DNA of 64,000 nucleotides from Squalus acanthias (lineage: Eukaryota), in the NCBI GenBank assembly GCA_030390025.1, contig CM059425.1:174346001-174410000 (forward strand). Direction: 5' to 3'. Numbering within the stretch: position 1 is the stretch's first letter; every line of letters starts with the position of its first letter. Made by a program: the position numbers and the translations under genes. The notes beneath the pieces are model-generated. The model searched no databases. It worked only from the letters and a program-made list of their open reading frames with translations, and was not told where the DNA came from. Positions 23,756 through 35,929 of this stretch are shown in pieces.

Positions 23756-25647
23756 CTGAACAGTAGAAACAAAAATGAAACATGACAGATGAAAGGCTGC
23801 ATCAGAATGCTTGAAACTAGCAATAATCAAAAAGAAAATCTCTACAGACTTCGAACACAAAAAACAGAATCATATTCATCAAGTCTACTGTAGAGTCATC
23901 CCTTTAGAGGAAAGACCTCTCATATAAGGATTCAAATTCTAAACCCACAGTACTCTATCAGCCTGCTAATTTAATCTATTCTTATGAATGGATCATGTCA
24001 TCCAGGTCTGGGCAGCTTTATGATTGATTGTAGATTGTCCACTGAAACGAAGTCTGAAAGGTCTGTAATAACAGGTATTATAATAATTCAGTTTCATTTT
24101 AGTGTAACCAGGAAATGGAGAGGAAGGTAACATTACGGTTAATACCGTCACTGATTGATAGACTCAATACAAAGGGAGTCCAACTGCTTTGTTTCATTCC
24201 ACTGCACCCATAATCAGCACTTCAAATGGATGTTTACATGGCTTCATTGAGGAAGGCCAAAAAGTAAGATCATTATATTACTAAATGGTTAATTTTTAAA
24301 AATGAAGTCTGGTACTCTCAACGGATAACTGCATAAATGATAATAGTATTTAATTTTACTATTATTTCCCCTTTAACTAACAGTTTATTTAAAATAGGTT
24401 CCCCTTCCTTGTTGCAGATCTTTTATAACTAAGTACATCAATACTCACTGATTATTAGTAACTGATGTTTTTGGTACATCTCTGATTTTTGAGTCTTCTC
24501 AGTGTCACTAGCAAAATCCAAATTCTCAGATTTAATGTTCAGCAAATTAAGCATAATTTTGTGCTTGGATTTGTAACCTTTTGTTCTAACTGTACATTTT
24601 CTAAGCTAGATTTTTTTTAAAGTTTGAACATGGTCAAGATTCAGCAATGTCAATCTAAAATCATCCCCCACTATAGCAAATAAAAATTGAAGATATAAGT
24701 AATGCTGTATCAAGAACTTTCTTACGCATCTTACAAAAATAATTGCCATTCCTTGTTCTAACAATGCAGTATGGGCCACCTGCTGGATATCTTGTAATAT
24801 CACACAGATTAGGAATGTTAATAAAAAAGAACATGGGGAATTTTCAGACTGTTTCGTAATTTCACCACCCAAGGACTGCCAATTGCAAAGTAGTGTTTTG
24901 AGTTGGTAAAAGTGTACTTAATGGTATTATTGGTATCCAGTGTGGATTTAACACAAGGGTAAAATATTACTGCTGGTGATCTAAAAAGACCAATTTGCCA
25001 ATTATTCTGTATTGTAATCTTTTATGGCATCAAGCTATATTTCACATTCCATCCCAGTTTTGGTATGTCCCTGTCAAAATACAATATTTAAAAAAAAATT
25101 AAGATAACATCAATGATACAAAATGAATGGTTCATCTTTAGTAATTCTTTGTAATTCATATTGAAGCAATGTAAATAACATTTTCTGTCACTGCCTTTTG
25201 ATCCAATATATTATTGTTCTGAATGGACACTGAAGAAAAGTTTGCAACTGCAACATTTTTGTGGAGCAAATTAATTTATATATTTCAACTGCTATTAACC
25301 AAGGCACCTTTTACATGGGTGTATTCATGAAAGGACCAAGAGAATAAAACAATACCATATTTGATAGAATTTTCTAAACTCTGCAGACAAGAAGATGGAA
25401 AGCCACGATGCAGGCAATTTTGAAACAGTATATAATCTGGGAATGGATAATTGACATGGAGAAGACAAAGCAGTATAAATAAACTGTTCAGTCAAATCAC
25501 CACACAAAATGTCACATTTAAATAATTTTTCTATTTCAAATTCTGTAAAAATTAAGTGCTCTATATTGCTTTTTTCAAAATTAAAACAAAATAATAAATA
25601 AATAAACATGGATTTCTTTAAGGTTTTGGAATAAAATTGTAATTAAT

Positions 25648-26347
25648 GGGCTAGATTTTGCTGGAGCGGGACATGTCCCGTTAGTTAGACTTGTTCGTGT
25701 ATGTTTAGGTTTTAAATTTTTTTGCATGCAAAGTTGCTGGAACTGATAATGGAGCGAGGGCAACAGGGCACCTTGGTGAATGATGGGACAAACAGTCTAT
25801 CTCCTTAACCAATAAGATTTAAGGATTGAGAAATTAACAGAGGAAGGAAGTGTAAATTATATAGTGGGTGAATTCAATGTCAAATCAGGTACAGAAAGAG
25901 AAATAAAGTGAAAAAAAGACAGACTGAATTAGGAGAGAAAAAATTGACAGAAAGGAAAAGTAAGAAAAAACATGTTTTAATTTAAAATTTGACAGAAATG
26001 GGTCTCCACATTTATAATTGTTTACGTTCTGGGCAAGAGAGGTTGATTGGCAGTCATTAACAGTTATCATGTCAATAAAAGGGTATTTACTGTTAATTAC
26101 TAGACTTTGTGTGGTGTGTTTAATGGGCAATTAATATGCAAATACAGCAACTACGAAAATCACAAGGAGGTTAAGCGCAAGATGCCGTTTTCGCGAAGCT
26201 AACAGCTGAGCGGCGCAAATTGTCCAGCAACTTATGGCGATTTGCAATTCACAGGGTATCTCTTCCTCGCTACAAGTTGCTGACCAATTTGCGCACTAAT
26301 AACTTTGTGCGTCGTTCAGACACCGTTATTATTTCAAACTCTGTCCC
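25648..26347. mobile_element. Non-autonomous DNA transposon (MITE-like)
   Basis: Imperfect TIRs GGGCTAGATTTTG / CAAACTCTGTCCC; internal hairpin GCGCAAATTGTCCAGCAACTT...AAGTTGCTGACCAATTTGCGC; related end fragment at about 27850-27885. Confidence 0.55.
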
Positions 26348-26743
26348 ATGCACACTATCATATAAATATGCATGCAAATTAAATAATAAAAATGTTTAAG
26401 AACTGAACTTTAAGATTTTCTAAATAAACACATTCATTTGCATTGATTGCAAAGAACAGTCTATTGAGCTTTGGGAGGATTCATCATTTGAAGGATCCTC
26501 CATGAGGTCGCACTATGGATGAAGTGGTCATGAGTGGAAGAAGATGCTGCCCTGTTTATTTTGTGCCGTGTTTCATCTCGCATTCACACTTACACTTGTA
26601 TGAGTTTATGGGGCAAATAGGTTATTACTCTGTAAATTATTACTCTGTAAATTAATCATTTGAACTCAGAAGTGTCACAATCAAATTAAATGTCACACAT
26701 TTCCACCCAGCATGTGTACTGGTAGTTTAAAGAAAGAAATAAA

Positions 26744-27047
26744 CACGGTGGCATAGTGGTTAGCACTGTTACCTCACAGCGCCAGGGACCCGGGTTCGAA
26801 TCCGGCCTTGGATGACTGTCTGTGTGGGGTTTGCACATTCTCCCCGTGTCTGCGTGGGTTTCCTCCGGGTGCTCCGGTTTCCTCCCACAGTCCAAAGATG
26901 TGCGGGTTAGGTTGATTTGGCTATGATAAATTGACCCTTAGTGTTAGGGGGGATTAAATACGTGGGGTTACGGGGATAGGGTGGGATATGTGTCGGTGCA
27001 GGCTCGATGGGCCGAAATGGCCTCTATCTGCATTGTTGTGATTCTGT
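26744..27047 (+). mobile_element. HE1-type V-SINE
   Basis: A box TGGCATAGTGG, B box GGTTCGAATCC, V-domain TTTGCACATTCTCCCCGTGTCTGCGTGGGTTTCCTCCGGGTGCTCCGGTTTCCTCCCACAGTCCAAAGA, CR1-like tail; GAAATAA TSD. Confidence 0.9.
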
Positions 27048-27050
27048 GAA

Positions 27051-27465
27051 ATAACTTGGAATCATTCTCAGGATGCCCCAAAGTGCTTTACAACCGATGA
27101 ATTACTTTTGAAGTGTAGTCACTGTTTTGTAGGCAAATGCAGCAGCAAGGTCTGACAAACAGCAGCGAGAGGAATGACCAGTTAATCTATTTTTGGTGAT
27201 GTTTGTTGAAGGATAAGTATTGGCCAGGACACTGGAACAACTCCTGTGCTCTTCTTCGAGTAGTGCTGCAGAACCTTTTACATCCACTAAAGCAGGCAAA
27301 CAGGGCCTTGGTTTAACATGTCATCCAAAGATGGCACTTCCAACAATGCAGTACTCCCTCAGTACTGCACTCAAGTGTCAGCCTAGATAATGTGCTCAAG
27401 TTCTGGAGTGGGGCTTGAATTCATGACCTTCTAACTCAGAGGACAGAGTGCTACCACTGAGCTAG
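27051..27465 (-). mobile_element. Deu-domain SINE
   Basis: Reverse complement of the 11633-12020 family, including the tRNA head. Confidence 0.8.
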
Positions 27466-27702
27466 AGTTGACACTGAAGGTACAGTACACTAGAAACATT
27501 TAGTCTAGTTTCCTTTATTTATCAAAATATTTAAAAAAAAACAAACAACGCATGTTGCAGTACCTATGACTTGCTTTTACCCACCCCGACTCTCTCTCTA
27601 GTGGTTCATTTATACATTGCCGAATTTTCCAATATGTGCTTCTGGTGGAAAAGGCTCCCCAACAACAGTATGGGCTCGTAAAATTGCCTCTTATACGTAT
27701 AC

Positions 27703-27780
27703 CTGTTTCGTCTTTTACGCTCTCTACTGGAATTTTCAGACTCACTACCACTGCCACTGGTGTTTCCACGGGATCGGGAC
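27703..27780 (-). CDS. epb41l4a: EPB41L4A exon (78 bp): SRSRGNTSGSGSESENSSRERKRRN(R)
   Basis: Acceptor ttttttgtcaaag, donor gtatac; phase 2-2; SRSR.NTS.GSESENS motif. Confidence 0.92.
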
Positions 27781-27898
27781 CTTTGACAAAAAAGATAATG
27801 TTACTTTGCAATAATTAACTGGATTATCAATCTTATGTCACAATAATACTGGCCCAGATTTTGCGTTAAGAATAACGGTGAGGCTATCATTATTGTTA

Positions 27899-28341
27899 TT
27901 AATTAAGGAAAGCCAGCAAGGATTTGTTAAAGGCAAATTGTGTTTAACTAACTTGATTGAGTTTTTTGATGAGGTAATGGAGAGGGTTGATGAGGGCAAT
28001 GCAGTTGATGTGGTGGACATGGACTTCCAAAAGGCATTTGATAAAGTGCCACAGAATAGGCTTGCCAGCAAAGTTGAAGCCCATAGAATAAAAGGGACCG
28101 TGGCAGCATGGATACGAAATTGGCTAAGTGACAGGAAACAGAGAGTAATGGTGAACGGTTGTTTTTCGGACTGGGGGAAGGTATACAATGGTGTTCCCCA
28201 GGGGTCAGTTCTCGGACCACTGCTTTTCTTGATGTAGATTAATGACTTGGACTTGGGTGTACAGGGCACAATTTCAAAATTTGCAAAGGTCACAAAACTT
28301 GGAAGTATAGTGAACAGTGAGGAGGATAGTGATAGATTTCG
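27899..28341 (+). mobile_element. CR1 internal RT fragment
   Basis: [33 protein letters not shown] motifs. Confidence 0.88.
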
Positions 28342-28373
28342 AGAGGTCTTTCCATATAAAGGATTTAATCATT

Positions 28374-29124
28374 GGCCCAAAAATTTGGCCGTTCCGGGTG
28401 AGTACTCAGTGCGTACTCACCCGTATTGCTTTCCGAAGTGCCGGTTTCCTGCATGCGCGGGAAACCGGAACTTCCGGTATGGTGAAGGGGGCGGTTCCTA
28501 GGTGAACCACGTGCGTGCTAGAGGCTGCGCGCACGCAGCACATTTAGATTTTTTTTCAGGTTTCTACGCGAGGGTAAGTATTGAAGATTCTACGCTAATA
28601 AAAAGGAGGCGTAAGACCCCTTTTGAACAAGGTAAGTGGTTAATTAAGTATAATTTTAAAAAATTTTCAACAGGTTTATCTTTTTTAGATACTTTAAAGA
28701 AAGGTAAGTTTATTTTTATAACTTTTAAAAAGTATTTTAATTTTTTCAAAAATTTAAATTTTTGTATAAAGTGGTTAATTTATTTAACTATAGTTATTTT
28801 ATAAATGTGATGGTTTTTTATAAATTTATTTTAAGTTTAGCTGTTCTTTTGGGGCCGATTTCAATTCACAGATTTGACAGGTCTCCTGTCAAATCTATGA
28901 ATGAAAGATGGTCTGCTGCCATTGGCTCTCCATGGCCCACGTGATCCCAGGGGTCGCATCGCACTAACTGCGCCCCTGGAACACGCAAGCACTGCGCGCC
29001 GGCTCTTGGGAGAGGCCCAGGACCCGAAGTTCCTGTGGGCCCAAAACACAACGGCAGGCGCGGTGGGTAAGAGCGCGCGCGATCCTTACCCCCGCGGCAA
29101 GCCAGCCACGCGAATTTCTAGGCC
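28374..29124. mobile_element. Harbinger-type MITE
   Basis: TIRs GGCCCAAAAATT / AATTTCTAGGCC, 3-bp TSD ATT, CpG-rich ends, AT-rich centre, several internal hairpins. Confidence 0.75.
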
Positions 29125-29204
29125 ATTGTGTCTTAAAGGAAAGTGTATTCACACATGTTTAAAAAAAGGCATTGAGATGGAAAGTGATTAAAATACTAAT
29201 ACAA

Positions 29205-29420
29205 TAGGCTTTGCAATTGTTGTTAGAAGTGAGGGTGGAGGGAGCGGGGATAGGGGTTTAAGGAAATGGTTGTTAGTGGAGAAAAGAAATCCAGGGTTAT
29301 CTTACTCTACAGGATGATACTGGAGTTGTGAGCAAATTTGGCAGAGGAGAGTGAAGTCTGATAGTGCTTGATGTGGATCAGCCAGATTGGGTGATGGATG
29401 GTTTTCTACAAATGCTGCTC
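29205..29420 (-). mobile_element. L2 internal fragment, decayed
   Basis: Minus strand reads roughly IWLIHIKHYQTSLSSAK...SSIIL.SKDNPGFLFST.NHFLKP, resembling L2 ORF2. Confidence 0.5.
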
Positions 29421-30115
29421 TTCACTGGGAGTTCCTGATCAGGAAATAAGTCTTTATATTCCTGAAACCATACAACGGGCTACAGAATAATGGTCCATTC
29501 AGCGGCTGAAATACTGAGTCATTTAGCTCTGATTTCACTTGGCAACTAAAAAGTTTGACAATAGCTGGGATTGTGTTAATACTTAATTGTTCTTTATTAG
29601 TTTCAATAATTTCATGTATTTTTAGGATTGCTGCCCTGCCAATTTTAGGGACCATATTTTTTTCCCATATATTGTACGACAATGCTTTTAAGGGACTCAT
29701 TTAAATTCAGGAACGCAGGGGATCAGAAGCCTGGTGTATCTGACAAGGAAAGTTGTCTAATTCTAATTTTAAATTAGTACAGCAGCAAAACAAGAAACAG
29801 GATGCTGCAGTTTTGAGTGTTCATTTTAAAAGAATAACTTTAAAGATCAGACTTGGAAACATTTCTGGTGTAAAATTAAGAATTTGCACATTCAGTTGAA
29901 GGTTAAGATTTTCATAACCGTAGCCCACCAAAAGTAGCTCCTGCCTCACTCGCTGTAGGGCATTCGTAACAATTTTTAAAGTTTTTTTTGTCTTAGAAAA
30001 TTTAAGGAAACACAAACAATCAATCACAAGCAAATCAGCAATGTCATTACATTGTTGCACTGCATGTATTTTCTGGCAGTTATGTGCACTCAGGCCACTT
30101 TTTAAAATAACATAC

Positions 30116-30166
30116 CTTCTCCTTTGTTGCTTTGGATCTATATCCTCTCCATTGTTTTGGCTCTTC
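30116..30166 (-). CDS. epb41l4a: EPB41L4A exon (51 bp): KSQNNGEDIDPKQQRR(R)
   Basis: Acceptor cccaaccag, donor gtatgt; phase 2-2; collinear with the KAHNSGEDSDLKQRRR segment. Confidence 0.88.
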
Positions 30167-30317
30167 CTGGTTGGGTCATACAAGTTAAAATTAAATTACA
30201 TCTGTTTTTTCTTTCTACATCAAACAACTGCAGCGAACAAGATTTATCATCAAGGGAGCTGTACTCATTCATTTCTGAATAAGGGTTTACACATACAGAA
30301 ACGTGGGCCTGCCTATA

Positions 30318-30733
30318 ACTGGGGTTGTTCTCCTTAGTGCAGAAAAGGTTAAGGGGAGAGTTAATAGAGGTGTTCAAAATCAAGAAGGGTTTTGATAGAG
30401 TAAATAAGGAGAAACTGTTTCCAGTGGTAGAAGGGCCGGTAACCAAAGGACACAGATTTAAGGTAATTGGCAAAAGAACCAGAGGTGACATGTTTTTTTT
30501 TTTTACACAGCGAGTTGTTATGATCTGGAATGCATTGCCTGAAAGGGTGGTTGAAGCAGATTCAATAATAACTTTTAAAAGGGTATTGGATAAATGCTTT
30601 AAGTAGAAAAAATTGTAGGGCTATGGGGAAAGAGCAGAGGAGTAGGACTAATTGGTTAGCTCTTTTAAAGGGCCGGCACAGGCACGATGGGCCGAATGGC
30701 CTCCTTCTGTGCTGTATCATTCGATGATTCTAT
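30318..30733 (+). mobile_element. CR1 3' fragment
   Basis: RLRGELIEVFKI, FFTQRVVMIWNALP; 3' UTR gggccgaatggcctcc. Confidence 0.88.
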
Positions 30734-31168
30734 AAGCAGATTTGACCCAAAGGGAGAAGCTGTGGACCTGATCCTTTATAATGTTGAAAGCCCACCATTA
30801 TTCCTTGTGACATTGCATAAGGCTTCTTATCCCACATTATATACAGCCAGACTTAGGCCTGACTGCATCAACCATCCTCCATTGCTTAACATATGAATCT
30901 CATTATTTTATGTGGCTCTGACAAAAGGACCGTTCCCACAAGATAAGGTGGGTGATTACAGGTTGTCATTAAGTGTCCGACGTATGTTAGGGGAGAGGCA
31001 GGCCTATGATGACCTGACCCAGAAATACAGATGGGTAAGATGAAATCATGTAACATGCACTTTGGGGAGATAGGGGAGGGGCACAGGTGGGGGCAGCAGG
31101 TCTTGGGGATGTTAGGCATTGTTCAAAACTGCAACCGAATCAACTACTTTAAAAAAAAAAATTCCTAC

Positions 31169-31282
31169 CATCGTCTCCTAGGCTGAGCCGACTCATTGTC
31201 ACTTCCACCAGAAGGAGTTCGCCGTTTAGGATGAGGGAATTTTGGTGATTTGTTGCGTTCATTTGGAGAAATATACAATCCA
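31169..31282 (-). CDS. epb41l4a: EPB41L4A exon (114 bp): [37 protein letters not shown]
   Basis: Acceptor ctattttcag, donor gtagga; phase 2-2; GLY.SP..R.KSPKFP motif. Confidence 0.93.
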
Positions 31283-33697
31283 CTGAAAATAGACAATTCA
31301 ATACATGACTAGATAATAAGACTTATTAAAAGCTGCATTCAATATTTTGGCAACTATGGCAAATCATGGGCATGATCTTTTTCCAGATACAAAGGATTTG
31401 GTGGTTGCAAGGTGACCAAGGCTGGGAACTGAATATTCAGGGTATTTGACATTTAGGAAGGATAGGTAGAAAGGAAAAGGAGGTGGGGTAGCTCTGTTAA
31501 TAAAGGATGAGATCAATACAGTAGTGAGAAATGATCTTGGCTCGGAAGATCAAGATGTAGAATCAGTTTGGGTGGAGATCAGAAATAGTAAGGGAAAGAA
31601 GTCACTGGTGGGGGTAGTCTATAGGCCACCTAACAGTAGCTACACTGTAGGACAGAGTATAAATCAAGAAATAATGGGGGCTTGTAAGAAAGGTACTTCA
31701 ATAATCATGGGCGATTTTAATCTTCATATAGATTGGACAAGTCAAATTGGCAAAAGTAGCCTTGAAGACGAGTTCATAGAGTGTATTCGGGACGGTTTCT
31801 TAGAGCAATACGTTGTGGAACCAACTAGGGAACAGGCTATTTTAGATCTGGTATTGTGTAATGAGACAGGATTAATTAATGATCTCATAGTAAAGGATCC
31901 TCTAGGGAAGAGTGATCATAACATGATAGAATTTCACATTCAGTTTGAGGGTGAGAAACTTGGGTCTGAAACTAGTGTCTTAAACTTAAATAAAGGCAAT
32001 TACAAGGGTATGAAGATAAAGTTGGCTAAAGTGGACTGGGAAAATAGATTAAAAGGTAAGACAGTAGATAAGCAGTGGCAGACTTTTAAGGAGATATTTC
32101 ATAACTCTCAACAAAGATATATTCCAGTGAGAAAGAACGACTCTACGAGAAGGATGAACCATCCGTGGCTAACTAAGGAAGTTAAGGATGGTATCAAATT
32201 GAAAGAAAAGGCTTACAATGTTGCGAAAATTAGTGGTAGACCAGAAGATTGGGAAATTTTTAAAAACCAGCAAAGGATGACTAAAAAAATAATAAAGTGG
32301 GGGAAAATACATTATGAGAGTAAACTAGCAAGAAATATAAAAACAGACAGTAAGAGCTTCTACAGGTATATAAATAGGAAGAGAGTAGCTAAAGTAAACG
32401 TTGGTCCCTTAGAGAATGAGACTGGGGAATTAATAATGGGAAACAAGTAAATGGCAGAGACTTTGAACAAATATTTTGTATCTGTCTTCACAGTAGAAGA
32501 CACTAAAAACATCCCAATAATAGTAGATAATCAAGGGGCAAAAGGGAGGGAAGAACTTAAAACAATCACTATCACTAGAGAAAAAGTACTAAGCAAACTA
32601 ATGGGAGTAAAGGCTGACAAGTCCCCTGGACCTGATGGCCTGCATCCTAGGGTCTTAAAAGAAGTGGCTGCAGAGATAGTGAATGCATTGGTTGTAATCT
32701 TCCAAAATTCCCTAGATTCTGGAAAGGTTCCAGCGGATTGGAAAACCGCAAATGTAACGCCCCTATTCAAGAAAGGAGGGAGACAGAAAGCAGGAAACTA
32801 TAGGCCAGTTAGCCTAACATCTGTCATTGGGAAAATGCTGGAATCCATTATTAAGGGAGTAGTAGCAGGACATTTAGAAAATCATAATACAATCAAGCAG
32901 AGACAACATGCTTTTATGAAAGGGAAATCGTGTTTGACAAATTTATTAGAGTTCTTTGAGGATGTATCGAGCAGGGTGGATAAAGGGAAACCAGCAGATG
33001 TAGTGTATTTGGATTTCCAAAAGGCATTCAATAAGGTGCCACATAAAATATTACTGCACAAGATAAGAGCTCATGGTGTTGGGGATAATATATTAGCATG
33101 GCTAGACGATTGGCTAACTAACAGAAAACAGGGAGTCGGGATAAATGGGTCATTTTCAGGTTGGCAAACTGTAACTAGTGGGGTGCCACAGGGATCAGTG
33201 CTGGGGCCTCAACTATTTACAATCTATATTAATGACTTGGATGAAGGGACCGAGTGTACTGTAGCCAAATTTGGTGACGATACAAAGATAGGTGGGAAAG
33301 CAATTGTGAGGAGGACACAAAGGCCGCGAATTTAATTGTGCCGAGGGGGCGGGTTTTGGAGGCGGGTATGTTGTGAAAATTGGAGAAATTGGGGGCGGGC
33401 TGCGAACCCGCCTCCATTCCGCCACTACGCAACTTTGGGAAGTGTCGGGTCAGCCGCTCCCGAACTGACCCGACACCAAACGGCGGTACAGGTTGTTAAG
33501 GCAGTTAACAGGTCGTTAACTGCCTGGATAATCCTATTTTAAAGGACTGATCAAATTTTGGAGGTTTTTCAACATGCTGCCCGCCTTCATAAAAACATGC
33601 CAGGTGAATGGAGCTGAATTGTTGACAGCTGCTCGAGCAGCTTAAAAGCAGTCCTGCAATCTCTCATTCTTTCACATGCCAGAACTTAGTGGTTTGA

Positions 33698-34251
33698 TGT
33701 GGAGATGCCGGCGTTGGACTGGGGTGGACAAAAATGAGAAGTCGCACAACACCAGGTTATAGTCCAACAGATTTATTTAATTTTACAAGCTTTCGGAGCT
33801 ATTCGCTCCTTCCTCAGGTAAGTTAGCAGTGAGAGAATCTCCCAGAATTCACAATTTAAACACAGACAAAATCTATTCAAATCTTTCCCTACATCAAAGA
33901 CACACTAAGAGTACAGCCAAGACAATGAGATGTGTCCCAGGGGGTCCAACGTGTCAAACCACCTGCTGGCTGCATATCCTGTCAATTTGTGTTGGTTCAT
34001 GACAGGATATGCAGCCAGCAGGTGGTTTGACACGTTGGACCCCCTGGGACACATCTCATTGTCTTGGCTGTACTCTTAGTGTGTCTTTGATGTAGGGAAA
34101 GATTTGAATAGATTTTGTCTGTGTTTAAATTGTGAATTCTGGGAGATTCTCTCACTGCTAACTTACCTGAGGAAGGAGCGAATAGCTCCGAAAGCTTGTA
34201 AAATTAAATAAATCTGTTGGACTATAACCTGGTGTTGTGCGACTTCTCATT
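33698..34251. mobile_element. Palindromic Penelope-like insertion (254-bp inverted arms, 15-nt spacer, tail)
   Basis: Arms 33731-33984 and 34000-34253 look perfectly complementary by eye; TSD TTAGTGGTTTGA (33686-33697 and 34252-34263); hammerhead motif in each arm. Confidence 0.82.
34163..34201 (+). ncRNA. Minimal hammerhead-ribozyme-like motif (mirror copy on the minus strand at 33783-33821)
   Basis: TTAC-CTGAGGA-A-GGAGC/GCTCC-GAAA-GCTT-GTAA. Confidence 0.6.
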
Positions 34252-34410
34252 TTAGTGGTTTGAGGTTTGGGAGACATTTTGCAGCTCAACTAATCTTGTG
34301 AGTGTTGAGTCTGAAATCCATCTGCTGTGTTACCTCCTTGTAAAACCCTCTGGCCACTTTGTCTGAGCGCACACAACCTCCATTCCTTGACTGAGATATA
34401 TACCAGCGGT

Positions 34411-35628
34411 ATGGGAACCATTTATATCCTCTCATCCTGGTTGTCAGATTCGGAGGAAAAGCAGCTGCGGCAGCACCACAACCAGGCACAGCAGCAGCAC
34501 CAACAGCAGGCGCGCCAACCTTCTCCTCAGCCTCCTGATGCTGCACAGGGCAGAGGGCGTCAGCGTAGGCCTGCACCTCGCTGCAGGATATACCCCCAAC
34601 ACAAGGTTTACAGGCAGAGGATGAGCTTCCTCAACATGAGTGAGCAGCAGTGCCAAAGGAGGCTGAGACTTTCGCAAGAGGTAGTCGCTGACATCTACAC
34701 AATGCTGCACCAACACCTGGAGCCCAGAGGAGGGTGTGGACACTCCTTACCAGTGGCTGTCAAAGTCACCACCGCCCTCAACTTCTTTGCTTCGGGCTCC
34801 TTCCAGGGATCATCTGCAGACATCAGCGGCATCTCTCAGTCAGCTGCAGACGCCTGCATCACGCAGGCCACCGATGCCCTCTTTACAAAGGCGCCCAATT
34901 ACATCCACTTCTCCACGGATGAAGCAAGTGTAACCGCACGTGCGGTTGGCTTTGCAAATGTGGTAGGCTTCCCAAGGGTGCAGGGCGTCGTAGACTGCAC
35001 ACACATGGCCATTAAGGCACCCCATCACAACCCAGCTGATTTTGTCAACCGCAACCACTCCCTTCACGTCCAGCTGGTGTGTAACCACAGGATCATCATC
35101 ATGCATGTTTGTGCCAAGTACCCTGGCAGTTGCCATGACTCCTTCATCCTGCGGCAGTCTACTGTGCCTCAGCTCTTCAATCCGTCAACCCAACTTTCTG
35201 GATGGCTACTTGGCGACAAGGACTATCCCCTGAAAAAGTGGCTCATGACATCGATGAGGAGGCCATCAAACGAGGCTGAGGAGTGGTACAATGTGAGCCA
35301 CATTTCCACCAGAAGCATCATAGAGCAAACCATCGGCTCTCTCAAAAAGCGATTCAGATGCCTCGACAGATGCGGTGGAGCCCTGCAGTATGCACCAGCC
35401 ATGGTGTCCAGAATCATCGTCGTCTGCTGTGCTCTGCACAGCATCGCATAGCAGCGTGGCTTAGCGCTCCCTGAGGAACAAGTGGCTCAGCGCAGAGCAT
35501 CCTCGGAAGAAGAGGAGGACGAGGAGGAGGCGTGCATTGCGGGTCCAGATGTGACCAATGCAGCAGCCCTCGAGCACATTGCTGGCCGTCATGCAAGGGA
35601 TGCACTCATCCATGCCAGATTCGCGTAA
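34411..35628 (+). pseudogene. Harbinger (HARBI1-like) DDE transposase, near-intact
   Basis: ATG at 34411; VVDCTH, HDS, WLLGDK, IEQTIG catalytic-region motifs; one in-frame TAG at 35449 (CAG in copy 1); frame continues to RDALIHARFA*; short in-frame deletion in the NRKGFHS motif. Confidence 0.92.
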
Positions 35629-35929
35629 GCTTACTCTTCAACCACAGGTGGCTGGCACATGGCTATGAATGAGTAGGCGACCTTCCTACAACCCCATACA
35701 TCATCTCTGCAATAAACAGTTGTTTCCTATCACTTTCACCATCATCATTACAAAAGCAAGTCGCCCTGAGCCCTCAATGTGCAACTTCCATTTCCCAGAA
35801 CACATAGGCCAGACCATCAACTGATTGCCATCACTTTTGTTTTTGACATTCACAAAAGGATGACAATGCAAAATATTAAACAGAACCAAAGACAACAGAA
35901 CAAAACATCCAAGTGACTCCCCTTGTGAC

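Noticed and set aside
26623..26653. Short tandem duplication TATTACTCTGTAAAT(T) x2
   Set aside because: Ordinary slippage or repair duplication with no further structure.
26744..26820. tRNA gene
   Set aside because: The A and B boxes belong to the head of a V-SINE and run straight into the V-domain.
31000..31090. Possible C/D-box snoRNA (ATGATGA near 31006)
   Set aside because: No terminal CTGA D box at a suitable distance and no terminal stem.
34327..35451. Calling the 374-aa ORF the host HARBI1 gene
   Set aside because: It lies between TIRs with a TSD, has a premature stop, and has decayed relatives in the same window, so it is a transposon copy rather than the domesticated gene.
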